64,000 nucleotides of DNA from Thermoproteota archaeon (GTDB lineage Archaea; Korarchaeota; Korarchaeia; Korarchaeales; Korarchaeaceae): assembly GCA_027491395.1 (NCBI GenBank), contig JAOZFI010000039.1:32001-96000 (forward strand), written 5' to 3'. Both the position numbers and the translations under genes were made by a program. Below are positions 47,044-56,830 of this stretch, one piece after another (the stretch's first letter is position 1; each line of letters starts with the position of its first letter). A model generated the notes under the pieces. It was given only the letters and a program-made list of their open reading frames with translations, ran no database searches and was not told the origin of the DNA.

Positions 47044-47753
47044 GGAAGCAGGAGGATGATAATTGGGAGGGGAGGGCCCTCTCCTTCCTGTTGACAGCCA
47101 CCGTCCTCATGATGGCAATCCCAACCCCCTATCTCAGGGCCTTCCTCTCACTCATCATCTTCGCTCTACTGGTTAAGTACCATGGGGAAGACCCTAAGAT
47201 AGGTACCCTGAAGGGATCCGTGACCGCGTCTATCCTTGCGTTTGCAATGACCTTGCCCCTCCTACTATTCTCCCAACTTGAATTCTCAGGTTTCGATCCT
47301 GCATTTCTACTCAGCATGATCCCCTTCCATCTCTCAGTTGCTGTGTGGGAGGAAGTTGTCTACAGGGGATATCCCCTCCTGAGGTTTTCACGCACAAGTC
47401 TCCTAGCATCATCCCTGGCCTTCTCTCTCATCCACGCATTCAACCCGGGATTCGGATTGCAGGCCTTCTTGGGCGTATTCGTAGCCGGTCTAGCTCTAGG
47501 GTTGATGAGGCGAGAGTGGGGTCTCGGACCTGCAATGTCGATGCACTTCTCGTGGAACATATTAATGGAGCACCTCTGGGGATATCCCACGAGTGGATTG
47601 CGGGGACCCAGCGTATTCGTATCAAAACTCGTCGGATCAGATATCTTGACTGGTGGAGATTTCGGACCTGAGGCCTCTATTATAGTGATGATCGAGTTCT
47701 TTTCGCTCTTCTTGGCCTTTCTATCTATATTGCAAAGGGACCGCTTACCTTAA
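47040..47753 (+). CDS. CPBP (Abi/CAAX type II) intramembrane metalloprotease
   Basis: EEVVYRG, FSLIH, HFSWN, TGGDFGPEAS. Confidence 0.88.
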   Translation: MRKQEDDNWEGRALSFLLTATVLMMAIPTPYLRAFLSLIIFALLVKYHGEDPKIGTLKGSVTASILAFAMTLPLLLFSQLEFSGFDPAFLLSMIPFHLSVAVWEEVVYRGYPLLRFSRTSLLASSLAFSLIHAFNPGFGLQAFLGVFVAGLALGLMRREWGLGPAMSMHFSWNILMEHLWGYPTSGLRGPSVFVSKLVGSDILTGGDFGPEASIIVMIEFFSLFLAFLSILQRDRLP

Positions 47754-47778
47754 AGGTTTTCATCCGCATTCAACGCCT

Positions 47779-48615
47779 ATGTGGCTCGATCCCATATCAC
47801 TTCTATGGTGGTTATTCATATTCTACCTGCTCATGGCCCCCCAGCTCCAGCATAGGGCCATCCAGAACGCCAGAAGAAAGGTCATGGAGGCCCTAGCTAG
47901 GAAGAGGGGGAGCAGCGTGATAACTCTCATCCACAGGGAGGAGTCCATCGGCCTGTTCGGGATACCCTTCTACAAGTTCATCGATATCGACGATTCCGAG
48001 AGCGTCCTTAGAGCGATAAGATCCACGCCTCCGGACACCCCCATTGATCTGATAATCCACACACCTGGAGGCCTCGTGCTGGCAGCCTCCCAGATAGCTA
48101 GGGCTCTGAAGAAGCACCCGGCGAAGACAACTGTCATAGTCCCCCACTACGCCATGAGCGGTGGTACCCTCATAGCCTTGGCAGCTGACGAGATAATCAT
48201 GGACGAGAACGCCGTTCTAGGTCCGGTAGACCCTCAACTGGGTCAGTTCCCAGCCCCATCTTTGATAAAGGTCGTTGAGAAGAAGAGCGTGGACAAGGTC
48301 GATGATCAGACCTTGATACTAGCTGACGTAGCCGGAAAGGCGATAAATCAGGTGAGGGAGCTCGTTACATGGCTTCTTGAGGATAAGCTGGGTAGGGAGA
48401 AGGCTGAGGAGGTGGCGAAAACGCTGACAGAGGGAAGATGGACTCACGATTATCCCATAACCGTAGAAGTTGCGAAGGAGCTAGGTCTTCTCGTTTCCAC
48501 TGATGTGCCGTCAGAGGTCTATCAACTCATGGAACTCTTTCCACAACCCTTGAAGACGAGGACTCAGAGTGTTGAATTCTTCCCTGCCCTGCCCAAGGGC
48601 GAGGGCAAGGCATGA
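47779..48615 (+). CDS. SDH_sah/ClpP-class membrane serine protease
   Basis: LIHREE, HTPGG, HYAMSGGT, LGPVDPQ, WTHDYP. Confidence 0.9.
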   Translation: MWLDPISLLWWLFIFYLLMAPQLQHRAIQNARRKVMEALARKRGSSVITLIHREESIGLFGIPFYKFIDIDDSESVLRAIRSTPPDTPIDLIIHTPGGLVLAASQIARALKKHPAKTTVIVPHYAMSGGTLIALAADEIIMDENAVLGPVDPQLGQFPAPSLIKVVEKKSVDKVDDQTLILADVAGKAINQVRELVTWLLEDKLGREKAEEVAKTLTEGRWTHDYPITVEVAKELGLLVSTDVPSEVYQLMELFPQPLKTRTQSVEFFPALPKGEGKA

Positions 48616-48665
48616 CTTTCACCATAGTTATTATTTTTATTTTTCTGTAATGGTCATGTAGGGAG

Positions 48666-49112
48666 ATGCCGATGGATTCCGAGGAGATTAAGGCCAAGAT
48701 CCTTTATGCCCTTAGGTTCGTCACGGATCCCGAAATACCGATAAATGTGGTCGACTTGGGACTGATCAGGAAGCTGGAGGTGGAAGACTCTAAAGTGTAT
48801 CTGAGGGTGGTGATGACCGCCCCTGGCTGCCCGTATTCCTCAATGATAGTTCAGCAGATAGAGGAGAGCATAAGGAGTGCGATACCCGAGCTCGAGGAGG
48901 TCAAGGTGGAGCTCGAGATATTCCCCCCTTGGACCCCATTCGACATGACCGAGAGGGGGAGGGAGCAGTTCAAGAAGATGTACGGTTATGATCTGGCCGA
49001 GGGGTTCCTGAAGAGGTACGGTAGTGTAGAAAACTACTATGAACTAGTGAGAAAGTACTACGGCCTAGACAAGGAGTCCAAAAAAGAGGGTGAGAGGGAT
49101 TCCCAAGCCTGA
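48666..49112 (+). CDS. DUF59/SufT-like Fe-S maturation protein
   Basis: DPEIPINVVDLGLI, TAPGCP, PPW. Confidence 0.9.
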   Translation: MPMDSEEIKAKILYALRFVTDPEIPINVVDLGLIRKLEVEDSKVYLRVVMTAPGCPYSSMIVQQIEESIRSAIPELEEVKVELEIFPPWTPFDMTERGREQFKKMYGYDLAEGFLKRYGSVENYYELVRKYYGLDKESKKEGERDSQA

Positions 49113-49242
49113 AATCACCTGAATTTAGGCATCCTCGTATCTTTCAAAAATTTTTGTCGTTATAATGTCGAAAAGACCTAATGCGATTCCCCAGATCGCC
49201 TTTTTAAGTAATCCCTTCCATTCTAGGAGGGGGTGTCCTCCC

Positions 49243-50406
49243 ATTAGAGCAGCAGTTTTGGGTGCCGGATCAGTTGGTAAGGCCATATCGTATGACCTTT
49301 ACGAAAGGGTGACGGGTTCCGACCTCATCCTCGTCGACAAATGCAGGCCCTGCCTTGAGGAGGCCTCAAAACTTATCGGCAGGTCTGAAGTCAAGCAAGT
49401 GGAGATAAGGGGAGAGGACGACATCTACAGGATAATAAAGGATGTGGATGCGGCTGTCAACGCCCTCCCCGGGCGCTTCGGCAGGGCCTCCTGGATGGCC
49501 GCCATTAAGGCTGGCGTAGACCTAGTGGACGTGAGCTACTCCCCTGATGACCCCACCCAGTACCATGTGCAGGCTAGCGATGCCGGGGTGACGATAATTC
49601 CGGATGCCGGTGTGGCCCCTGGACTCAGCAACATGATGGCTGGAAGGGCCTACGCCCAGCTTGAGGAGGTCAAGGAGCTCAAAATATACGTTGGCGGAAT
49701 TCCCGAAAAGCCGATACCTCCTCTCGGATACCTGGTGACTTGGAGCCCAGAGGACCTGATCGATGAGTACGTTAGGCCCGCTAGGGTCATCAACAAAGGT
49801 AACATCATTGAGAGGCCTGCTGTCAGCGAGATCGAGAAGGTCTTCATACCCGGTGTGGGTGAGCTCGAGGCCTTCCTCACCGACGGACTCAGGACCATGC
49901 TCAAGACCCTCAAGGGAGTGGAGGTCATGGAGGAGAAGACCCTCAGGTGGCCCGGGCACGCAGAGAAGATAGAGCTTCTGAAGGTGCTTGGGTACTTGGA
50001 CAAGGATCCACTCGACCTCAACGGATCGAGTGTGAGCCCCGCTAATGTGACCGCCAAACTGTGGAGGGAGAAGCTCAAGGGGGACACGAAGGATATGGTG
50101 GTCCTCAGGGTAATTGCCAGCGGTAGGACGAGCCTTAACAATGTAGAGATAGAGTACAGGATGGTCGACAGGTACGACGAGAACACGGGATTCTCGGCGG
50201 TGGCTAGGACTACCGCCTTCGTCGCCACCGGTATGCTCAAGCTCATAACCGAGGGATCCATTCCGGGACCGGGAGTGATTCCACCGGAGGTCATAGGGAT
50301 GGATGAGAGCCTCTTCTCATCAGTGGCTGAGTGGCTCTCTTGGAGGGGAATAAATATACTGGAGAGGGTGACCGAGTCTAGGAGGATCCCCTCTATTCCT
50401 TCCTGA
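49243..50406 (+). CDS. Saccharopine dehydrogenase/lysine 6-dehydrogenase family protein (start uncertain, probably ATT)
   Basis: VLGAGSVG, NALPG, DAGVAPGLSN, YVGGIP, WSPEDLIDEY, TDGLRT, KTLRWPGH, ARTT. Confidence 0.88.
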   Translation: MRAAVLGAGSVGKAISYDLYERVTGSDLILVDKCRPCLEEASKLIGRSEVKQVEIRGEDDIYRIIKDVDAAVNALPGRFGRASWMAAIKAGVDLVDVSYSPDDPTQYHVQASDAGVTIIPDAGVAPGLSNMMAGRAYAQLEEVKELKIYVGGIPEKPIPPLGYLVTWSPEDLIDEYVRPARVINKGNIIERPAVSEIEKVFIPGVGELEAFLTDGLRTMLKTLKGVEVMEEKTLRWPGHAEKIELLKVLGYLDKDPLDLNGSSVSPANVTAKLWREKLKGDTKDMVVLRVIASGRTSLNNVEIEYRMVDRYDENTGFSAVARTTAFVATGMLKLITEGSIPGPGVIPPEVIGMDESLFSSVAEWLSWRGINILERVTESRRIPSIPS

Positions 50407-50695
50407 GTTTCTCCTCCACCACCCTCACTTTGTAATCCATCGTTATCGTCTTGTCCCTCCTGTCATCTATCTTTATGACGGTAACCACTCTAGGCGCTCC
50501 CTTGGAGAAGGGAACCTCGTGCATCTCCTTCAACACCTTGAAGAGTTCGTCTAGGTCCCCCTCTATTACCGTAGATGTGGGGGTCAGCTGGTAATTGAGA
50601 CCCGACCGCTTCACCACCTTCAAAGCCTCGGCAACGTAATCGCTGACGCTGGCCCCCACCCCAACGGGGACTATCGTTATTTCCGCCATGGGCAT
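50393..50695 (-). CDS. MTH1187/YkoF-family thiamine-binding protein
   Basis: SVSDYVA, YQLTPTSTVIEG, RVVTVIKIDDRRD. Confidence 0.9.
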   Translation of the reverse strand: MPMAEITIVPVGVGASVSDYVAEALKVVKRSGLNYQLTPTSTVIEGDLDELFKVLKEMHEVPFSKGAPRVVTVIKIDDRRDKTITMDYKVRVVEEKLRKE

Positions 50696-50728
50696 GAGAT
50701 CACCCGCGCTTACCAAGAGCTGAACAGA

Positions 50729-51082
50729 TTAAGTATTACCCTCACCATCGCTTCCATCCTCGTTGGAGCTTCGATCAAATCGCCTGCCTAGGCTGATGAA
50801 GAACTCTCTATTCAGGTGTATATCGAAATCTGCCGTCCTATAATACTTCCTGATGATCGCTCTCTCCTCATCCACCTCAGTTTCCACGGTGAGCAGTCCT
50901 TTCTTAACAAGCTCCTTGAGATGGAGGATAAGAAGGGGCTTAGAAACTCCTAAGAGACTCCTGAGTTCCCGGTTGCTCCTTCTCCTCAAGGAACAGAGGG
51001 CTAGAATTCTAAGTCTTAACGGGTGGGATAAAGCCTTCATTAGAGAGGACAATGATTTTACCTCTTCCTCTGCCTCATTCAA
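50729..51082 (-). CDS. ArsR-family transcriptional regulator
   Basis: KALSHPLRLRIL, ELRSLLGVSKPLLILHLKEL, RKYY. Confidence 0.88.
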   Translation of the reverse strand: MNEAEEEVKSLSSLMKALSHPLRLRILALCSLRRRSNRELRSLLGVSKPLLILHLKELVKKGLLTVETEVDEERAIIRKYYRTADFDIHLNREFFISLGRRFDRSSNEDGSDGEGNT

Positions 51083-51089
51083 TAAACCT

Positions 51090-51497
51090 TCACTCCCTCA
51101 TTTCTTCCCTTAACTCTCTTATCTCCCGTTTTAATCCTCTGATTTCCTCTAGGAGTTCCTTAATGAGCGTGGAAAGCTCCTCTTCAGAGTCCGATCTCGA
51201 GAAACTACTTGAGGGTTTCCCTAACAACTCTTTGAAGAGATAGAAGATCACTAAGATCACTCCTACTACTATAATGATGTTCAACAGAGGACTTAGTACT
51301 GGTCCCCAGTCAGGTCCGGGTGGTAGAGGCGGTAGGGCATCTGGAGAGGAAGGCCCGATTGGTTCTGCTAGAGATTGAGCCTCAGGAGACTTGGGTGGCT
51401 CGATAGGTATAAGCGCAACGGTCTGTGAGAGAACCGCCATCGTGGAAGAAACGCCTATCAGCAGCATCAGAGTGAAGATCACCATATACTTTGTCAT
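51090..51497 (-). CDS. Membrane protein (TM, Pro-rich loop, TM, coiled-coil tail)
   Basis: Two hydrophobic helices; ELLEEIRGLKREIRELRE tail. Confidence 0.75.
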   Translation of the reverse strand: MTKYMVIFTLMLLIGVSSTMAVLSQTVALIPIEPPKSPEAQSLAEPIGPSSPDALPPLPPGPDWGPVLSPLLNIIIVVGVILVIFYLFKELLGKPSSSFSRSDSEEELSTLIKELLEEIRGLKREIRELREEMRE

Positions 51498-51499
51498 AG

Positions 51500-51521
51500 A
51501 TATCTTACCCGGATAAGATAT
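51500..51521. promoter_or_regulatory. Inverted repeat ATATCTTA-N6-TAAGATAT (candidate ArsR operator)
   Basis: 8-bp inverted repeat directly upstream of the start at 51497, the first gene of the ArsR operon. Confidence 0.55.
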
Positions 51522-51602
51522 TACTAACCCTATCTAATAAAGTTTTCTCGAGATCTAGTTCGGAAACATTATACGGGAATAGCTAACACATCTTCGGTGA
51601 AT

Positions 51603-52370
51603 ATGAAGCCAGAAAGGTTCAAATTCGGTGTGGAACCCCTAGATTTCCTCTTGCCCCAGGGCATACTCAGGAGCAGTCTGATAGGCGTCTTCGGGGAAAC
51701 TGGTACTGGAAAGAGTGTCCTGCTAAATGAGATAGCGTATCGAACCCTCAAACGAGGTGACAGGGTCCTCATGGTCCTGCTGGAAGATACACCCGCCTCT
51801 AGACTGATGAACTTCGCCGCTCTGGGCTTTGATGTGATGGGCTACGTGAGGAAGGGCGACCTTGAATTCTTGGACTGCTTCTCCTACAGGCTCAGGGAGA
51901 AGGGTATAGATCTGCCCGAGGACCTCGCCAAGGTCTTGGACGGTGCCAAGGGAATAGTGAACGTCGAGGATCCTAGGAACCTTGACACATTCTGGGATCA
52001 GATTGAAAGGGACGCCAGAAGCATGAGAGGGAGGGGGATCGTCCTGATAGATTCACTGACCGAGTTTCTGACGATAACCCCAGATCCATCCTCGCTCTTG
52101 GACCTGATGAAGGTAGTGAAGGCGGTAGTGAGTAAGCACTACATGGTCCCAGTCATATACACCTTCCACTTCGGGTTCTTCGACGACTTCAGGTACGTAC
52201 TGGAGGTCGCCTCTGACGGGGTCTTGGACCTCAGATTCAACCCAGAGGTGATAAAGGAACTCCTGATAAAACAGATGAGGGTAAGGAGGATGAGCGGGTC
52301 TAGGCACAGGCCTGACTGGGTTACCTTCGATGTGGAACCCGGCAAGGGGCTCGTCATCCTGAGGAAGTGA
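51603..52370 (+). CDS. KaiC/RAD55-like RecA-superfamily ATPase
   Basis: GVEPLD, GETGTGKS, LIDSL, SDGVLDL, RRMSG..H. Confidence 0.88.
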   Translation: MKPERFKFGVEPLDFLLPQGILRSSLIGVFGETGTGKSVLLNEIAYRTLKRGDRVLMVLLEDTPASRLMNFAALGFDVMGYVRKGDLEFLDCFSYRLREKGIDLPEDLAKVLDGAKGIVNVEDPRNLDTFWDQIERDARSMRGRGIVLIDSLTEFLTITPDPSSLLDLMKVVKAVVSKHYMVPVIYTFHFGFFDDFRYVLEVASDGVLDLRFNPEVIKELLIKQMRVRRMSGSRHRPDWVTFDVEPGKGLVILRK

Positions 52371-52388
52371 TCCCGGTTGAGAAGCTCG

Positions 52389-53021
52389 ATGAATGCAGCT
52401 AAGGCGATCCTGAGATCGATGGGTTTCGAGATCGTCGGGGAGAGGATTCCGATCAGGAGGGGAGGCTTCGAGATAAGCGACGTGGACATCATGGCCTCAA
52501 AAGGAGGTGAACTTTACGCAGTGGAGGTCAAGAGCGGCAGGCTGGACGTTGGAGGGGTGAGACAAGCTTATGTAAACTCCCTCCTGGTAAATGCGAAGCC
52601 CTTAGTCGTCTGTAGGGGATTCGCAGATCCTTCAGCTGAGATTCTAGCAAAGGAGCTGGAGATAGAGGTGATTGTGCTTGAGGACCTCCTCTTGTCCGAC
52701 CCTGAGGAGTTGAGATCCATCATAAGGGAAGAGATAAGGAGGGGGATCATGGAAGTACTGCCCGCGGTGATCAATCCCCCTGAACTGGAATCCGTGGACT
52801 TGAATGTGCTTAGGGCGATAGCCTCCACGGAAGGGTTCAAAGAGGCTGCTGAGATCCTCAAGGTCACTGAAGACGATCTGGGTAGGGAACTGGGAAGGAT
52901 GAGGCGTCAGGGGAAGATACCTAGGTGGGTGAGGGATTACTCCGAGCTGAAGGAGTGGGCCATCTCCCTCTTGAAATCCCATGGGGAAACTTTTTCTCGT
53001 AGGTCCACTGATAAGGAGTGA
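52389..53021 (+). CDS. PD-(D/E)xK nuclease-fold protein (YraN/Mrr-like) with C-terminal HTH
   Basis: LRSMGF, DVDIMA, AVEVK, GVRQAY. Confidence 0.75.
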   Translation: MNAAKAILRSMGFEIVGERIPIRRGGFEISDVDIMASKGGELYAVEVKSGRLDVGGVRQAYVNSLLVNAKPLVVCRGFADPSAEILAKELEIEVIVLEDLLLSDPEELRSIIREEIRRGIMEVLPAVINPPELESVDLNVLRAIASTEGFKEAAEILKVTEDDLGRELGRMRRQGKIPRWVRDYSELKEWAISLLKSHGETFSRRSTDKE

Positions 53022-53605
53022 TGAGGGCGATTCTGATAGTCGTTGCGGTGCTGATCATCTTGGGTGCTATCCTTCTCCTTTTAGGAACATCCTTAAGCCC
53101 TCAGAAATCTCCCGAGACCACTTCAAGTGCTGGTGGAGGTGGGAGTTTGTCCTTCACCTTGAAGTCCGTGTTCGCTAATGGTGAGAGGATCCCCATCAAG
53201 TACACCTGCGATGGGGAGGATATATCCCCGCCCCTGAGCTGGGAGGGTCAGCCCGAGGGTGTCGTGAGCTACGTGTTGATAGTGGAGGATCCCGACGCCC
53301 CGATTGGGACGTTCACCCACTGGGTCATGTACAACATACCTGGCAAGCTGACCTCGCTACCAGAGGGTGTCCCCAAACAGAAGGAGACAGAGCTCGGCAT
53401 GCAGGGGATCAACGATTTCAGGAGAGTAGGTTACGGTGGCCCCTGTCCTCCACCCGGGAAGCCCCACAGGTACTTCTTCAAGCTGTACGCCCTTGAATCC
53501 ACCTTGGACCTCCCTCCAGGTGCGAGGAAGAGGGATGTCATCGAGGCCATGGAGGGTCATGTGCTGGCCCAATCCCAGATCATGGGCATCTACGGCAGGG
53601 GTTGA
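53018..53605 (+). CDS. YbhB/YbcL (PEBP/RKIP) family protein
   Basis: YTCDG, SPPL, DPDAP, FTHW, YGGPCPP, HRY. Confidence 0.93.
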   Translation: MMRAILIVVAVLIILGAILLLLGTSLSPQKSPETTSSAGGGGSLSFTLKSVFANGERIPIKYTCDGEDISPPLSWEGQPEGVVSYVLIVEDPDAPIGTFTHWVMYNIPGKLTSLPEGVPKQKETELGMQGINDFRRVGYGGPCPPPGKPHRYFFKLYALESTLDLPPGARKRDVIEAMEGHVLAQSQIMGIYGRG

Positions 53606-53805
53606 CCCTCCTCATCACCCATTTTTGTGGAGCACCGCGATCAGCGAGTCCACTGAACGTTGGCTTGCCGATCAATCTCTTCATAATTGAGCTTTATTGA
53701 ACCAGCGTCAGAAATGTAGGTTCCTATGGAAACTACTCTTGGAAAAATGAGATCATGGGTTAAGGCTTTATTTTATCGATCGGCCGCTAGGCCCAAGTGA
53801 TTCTC

Positions 53806-55113
53806 ATGGGTAGACTCTCTAGAGAGGATGTGATCCGATTTTCCGACCAGTATATGATGACCAACGTGGCTAGGTGGTGGAAGGACGATCCAGTGGTCAT
53901 AGAGTCAGGTAAGGGAGCAATTCTCAGAGATATGGATGGGAGGGAGTACATAGATCTCCATGCCATGCATGCGGTCGCCTCTCAGGGCTACTCTCATCCC
54001 AAGATAATTCAGGCGGTTAAGGAACAGCTTGAGAAGGTTTTTGTGGTAGCGACTGACTTTTATAACGAGCCCCAAGCCCTCCTCGCCAAGAAGCTTGCTG
54101 AGATAACCCCTCCAAAGCTCAAGAGGAGCTTCTTCGTGAATTCGGGGGCCGAAGCGGTTGAGACGGCCACCCTCCTCGCCAAGAGGGCCACCGGAAGGCC
54201 TGGAATTATAGCTCTGTGGGGTGCCTTCCACGGCAGGACCCACATGCCGAGGACCCTGACGGGTTTCTCGAAGTACAAGAAGGGCATGGGTCCCTTCCCT
54301 TATGGGGTGATGCATCTCCCCAACTACTACTGCTACAGGTGTCCCCTCGGCTTGGAGTATCCGAGCTGCAACCTTCAGTGCGCTAGAATGCTCGACGATG
54401 CCTTGAAATACGCTGCTCCTGAGGAAGTAGCGGCCTTCATAGCGGAGCCCATTCAGGGTACAGCCGGGAACATAGTTCCCCCGCCTGATTACTTCAGAAT
54501 AGTCAAGAACATCCTCGATCAGTACGACATACTCTTCATCGCGGACGAGGTGATCACCGGCTTCGGTAGGACCGGGAAGCTCTTCGCTATAGAGCACTTC
54601 GGGGTGGAACCCGACATAATGACCATGGCCAAAGCTCTCGGGGGAGGCTTCCCGGTTTCCGCAGCTATAGCTAGTGAGGAGGTGGGTACGGCCTTCAAGC
54701 CTCTGGACCATTACTCCACCTATGGGGGCAATCCGCTCGCCATGGCAGCGGCCCTCGCAGCCATAGAGGTCATAGAGGAGGAGGATTTGGTGGAGAAGTC
54801 GGCTAAGAACGGGGAATACATGTTAAAGAGGCTCAGGGAGCTCATGGACAAACACGAGTTGATAGGGGAAGTAAACGGCAAGGGATTGCTCATCGGCTTG
54901 GAACTCGTTAAGGACAGGGAAACGAAGGAACCAGCAGTGGAAGAGGCGGCCAAGTTCAGAATAGAACTCAGGAAGAGGGGCGTTATAATAGGCCCGCCGG
55001 GATGGACTGGTTCCAGAATTAGGATAAATCCACCACTCGTGATCACTAAGGAGCAGATAGACCGCGCGATAGAGGCCATCGACGAAGCGCTCACGGTTAT
55101 AGAGAGAGAATGA
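53806..55113 (+). CDS. Class III PLP aminotransferase
   Basis: NSGAEA, FHGRT, EPIQG, DEVITGFGRTG, AKALGGG, STYGGNP. Confidence 0.92.
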   Translation: MGRLSREDVIRFSDQYMMTNVARWWKDDPVVIESGKGAILRDMDGREYIDLHAMHAVASQGYSHPKIIQAVKEQLEKVFVVATDFYNEPQALLAKKLAEITPPKLKRSFFVNSGAEAVETATLLAKRATGRPGIIALWGAFHGRTHMPRTLTGFSKYKKGMGPFPYGVMHLPNYYCYRCPLGLEYPSCNLQCARMLDDALKYAAPEEVAAFIAEPIQGTAGNIVPPPDYFRIVKNILDQYDILFIADEVITGFGRTGKLFAIEHFGVEPDIMTMAKALGGGFPVSAAIASEEVGTAFKPLDHYSTYGGNPLAMAAALAAIEVIEEEDLVEKSAKNGEYMLKRLRELMDKHELIGEVNGKGLLIGLELVKDRETKEPAVEEAAKFRIELRKRGVIIGPPGWTGSRIRINPPLVITKEQIDRAIEAIDEALTVIERE

Positions 55114-55136
55114 TTCTCGTCAGCTTAACACTAACA

Positions 55137-55152
55137 ATTTTTTTACTTTTTA
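55137..55152 (+). terminator. T-tract terminator
   Basis: ATTTTTTTACTTTTT shortly after the 55113 stop. Confidence 0.55.
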
Positions 55153-55402
55153 TCGCTCTTTGTCGATACGAATCTCGGACTTATTTATTGACTTTTTTAC
55201 GACGTAATTTCTCTAGTAAATTTTATTCAATTAAAACTTATATAAGGTAAATTGAGCCAAACATAAGGCCTTTATCCACCTATAAGAAAAACGATTTTCC
55301 CCGTTTTCAGCTCATATTGAGCGCTGACTGGGACCTACTGTAGGAGAGGCTTTATATTTTATCGAATCTCGTCAGGTTAACACCTTAGGGGGTGTTACCC
55401 TA

Positions 55403-56782
55403 ATGGATACGAAGACATGGATCTTGGCTATCGTATTACTGATTGTGGGTCTACTGGTGGGATATTTTGCCGCAGGTCCAAGTCAGGTTAAGACTATCAC
55501 CACCACTAAAATGGTGGAGAAGACCGTTACCGTCACGAAGACGGTGGCTGGCACTACTCCTCAGCCGACCCAGACCACCACTGCCCCTGCTAAGAAGGTT
55601 GAGGTCAAGGTCGGTATTCTGCTTCCCTTGTCGGGAGGTTCCGCTTTCTCTGGTCAGGAGGATCTGAGGGGAATCCAGCTGGCTGCTCTTCACATAAATC
55701 AGAGTAAGTATCCGAATATCAAATTCACCATGAAGCTGGTAATCGCAGATACTCAGACCAAGCAGGATGTGGCCGTTACGGAGCTGAGGAGGCTCGCTCA
55801 GGAGGGAGTGGTAGCGATAATAGGTGCTTATAACTCTGCAGTTACTTACCCGTCCGCTGCTGAGGCTGAGAGGATCGGGCTACCTTACGTCGTGCCCGAG
55901 TCTGTATCAGACAAGATCACTGCTCAGGGATGGAAGTACGTGTTCAGGACCTGCGCCAACGCTAGTAAGTATGCTTACGACACACTCTGGGCCATGGCCG
56001 ACATCGCTAAGGCCAATGGCGTGGAGGTAAAGTCCGTGGCCCTCATATACGAGAACTCCGACTTCGGTGTCACAACCACGGAAGGACTGAAGAAGTATCT
56101 GAACAAATTCTTCCCGAACGCTAAGATCGTGCACGAGGAGAGCTATCCGGCTGAGGAGATAACAAGCATGGACGACATGGTCGCTAAGCTCAAGGCCGAG
56201 AACCCTGACATAGTGTTCCACGTGGCCTATCTGAAGGACGCTGTCCTCTTCGTGCAAACCATGAAGAAGCTCAACTGGTACCCGAAGGCCTATGTGGGTG
56301 CCGGTGCTGGTGGACAAACTAGGGTAGAGTTCATAGAGCAGCTCGGAGCCGACGCCAACTACGCCTACACCCAGACCGAGTGGCAGCCCGACTTCCTGAA
56401 CTCCAAGGCTCTCGCCAAGTGGGCTTGGATAAATGAGGACTTCAAGAAGCTCTATGGTAGGGACATGGTCGGCAGCTCCGCCCTAAACTACGTGGGCACC
56501 TACGTGCTCGCCGTGGCCATTCAGAAGGCTCTTGATTCGGGAGCTAACCCGAGCGACATAAAGGCGTTTAGGAAGGCCGTGAGGGATGCCCTCGAGACAA
56601 TTAAGATACCCGCTGGCGAGCTTCCGCTCATGCCTTGGGGTGTAGATCTAACTGTACCCAACCACCAGAACCCCGAGGCCGCCGTGGCAATGGCCCAGAT
56701 ACTTGAAGGTAGGTTCAGAGTGGTCTGGCCAATAGAGTTCGCTCCAGTGAAGGCCGTGTTCCCAGCGCCCGGCTGGGGCTGA
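55403..56782 (+). CDS. Type I substrate-binding protein (LivK-like)
   Basis: TM anchor and Thr-rich linker; VGILLPLSG, ADTQ, IIGAYNS, YVFRT, ENSDFG. Confidence 0.9.
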   Translation: MDTKTWILAIVLLIVGLLVGYFAAGPSQVKTITTTKMVEKTVTVTKTVAGTTPQPTQTTTAPAKKVEVKVGILLPLSGGSAFSGQEDLRGIQLAALHINQSKYPNIKFTMKLVIADTQTKQDVAVTELRRLAQEGVVAIIGAYNSAVTYPSAAEAERIGLPYVVPESVSDKITAQGWKYVFRTCANASKYAYDTLWAMADIAKANGVEVKSVALIYENSDFGVTTTEGLKKYLNKFFPNAKIVHEESYPAEEITSMDDMVAKLKAENPDIVFHVAYLKDAVLFVQTMKKLNWYPKAYVGAGAGGQTRVEFIEQLGADANYAYTQTEWQPDFLNSKALAKWAWINEDFKKLYGRDMVGSSALNYVGTYVLAVAIQKALDSGANPSDIKAFRKAVRDALETIKIPAGELPLMPWGVDLTVPNHQNPEAAVAMAQILEGRFRVVWPIEFAPVKAVFPAPGWG

Positions 56783-56830
56783 TTCCCATTTCTTCCCATT
56801 TTTCACTTCTTTCTCAGGAGGTGAACCTCC

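Noticed and set aside
47040-53021. Abi-named protease, SDH_sah protease and nuclease-fold gene as a defence island
   Set aside because: They are interspersed with housekeeping genes, have host-like codon use, and no mobility or methylase genes are present.
55490-55590. Thr-rich low-complexity repeats in binding proteins and surface proteins
   Set aside because: Ordinary glycosylated linkers of archaeal surface proteins.
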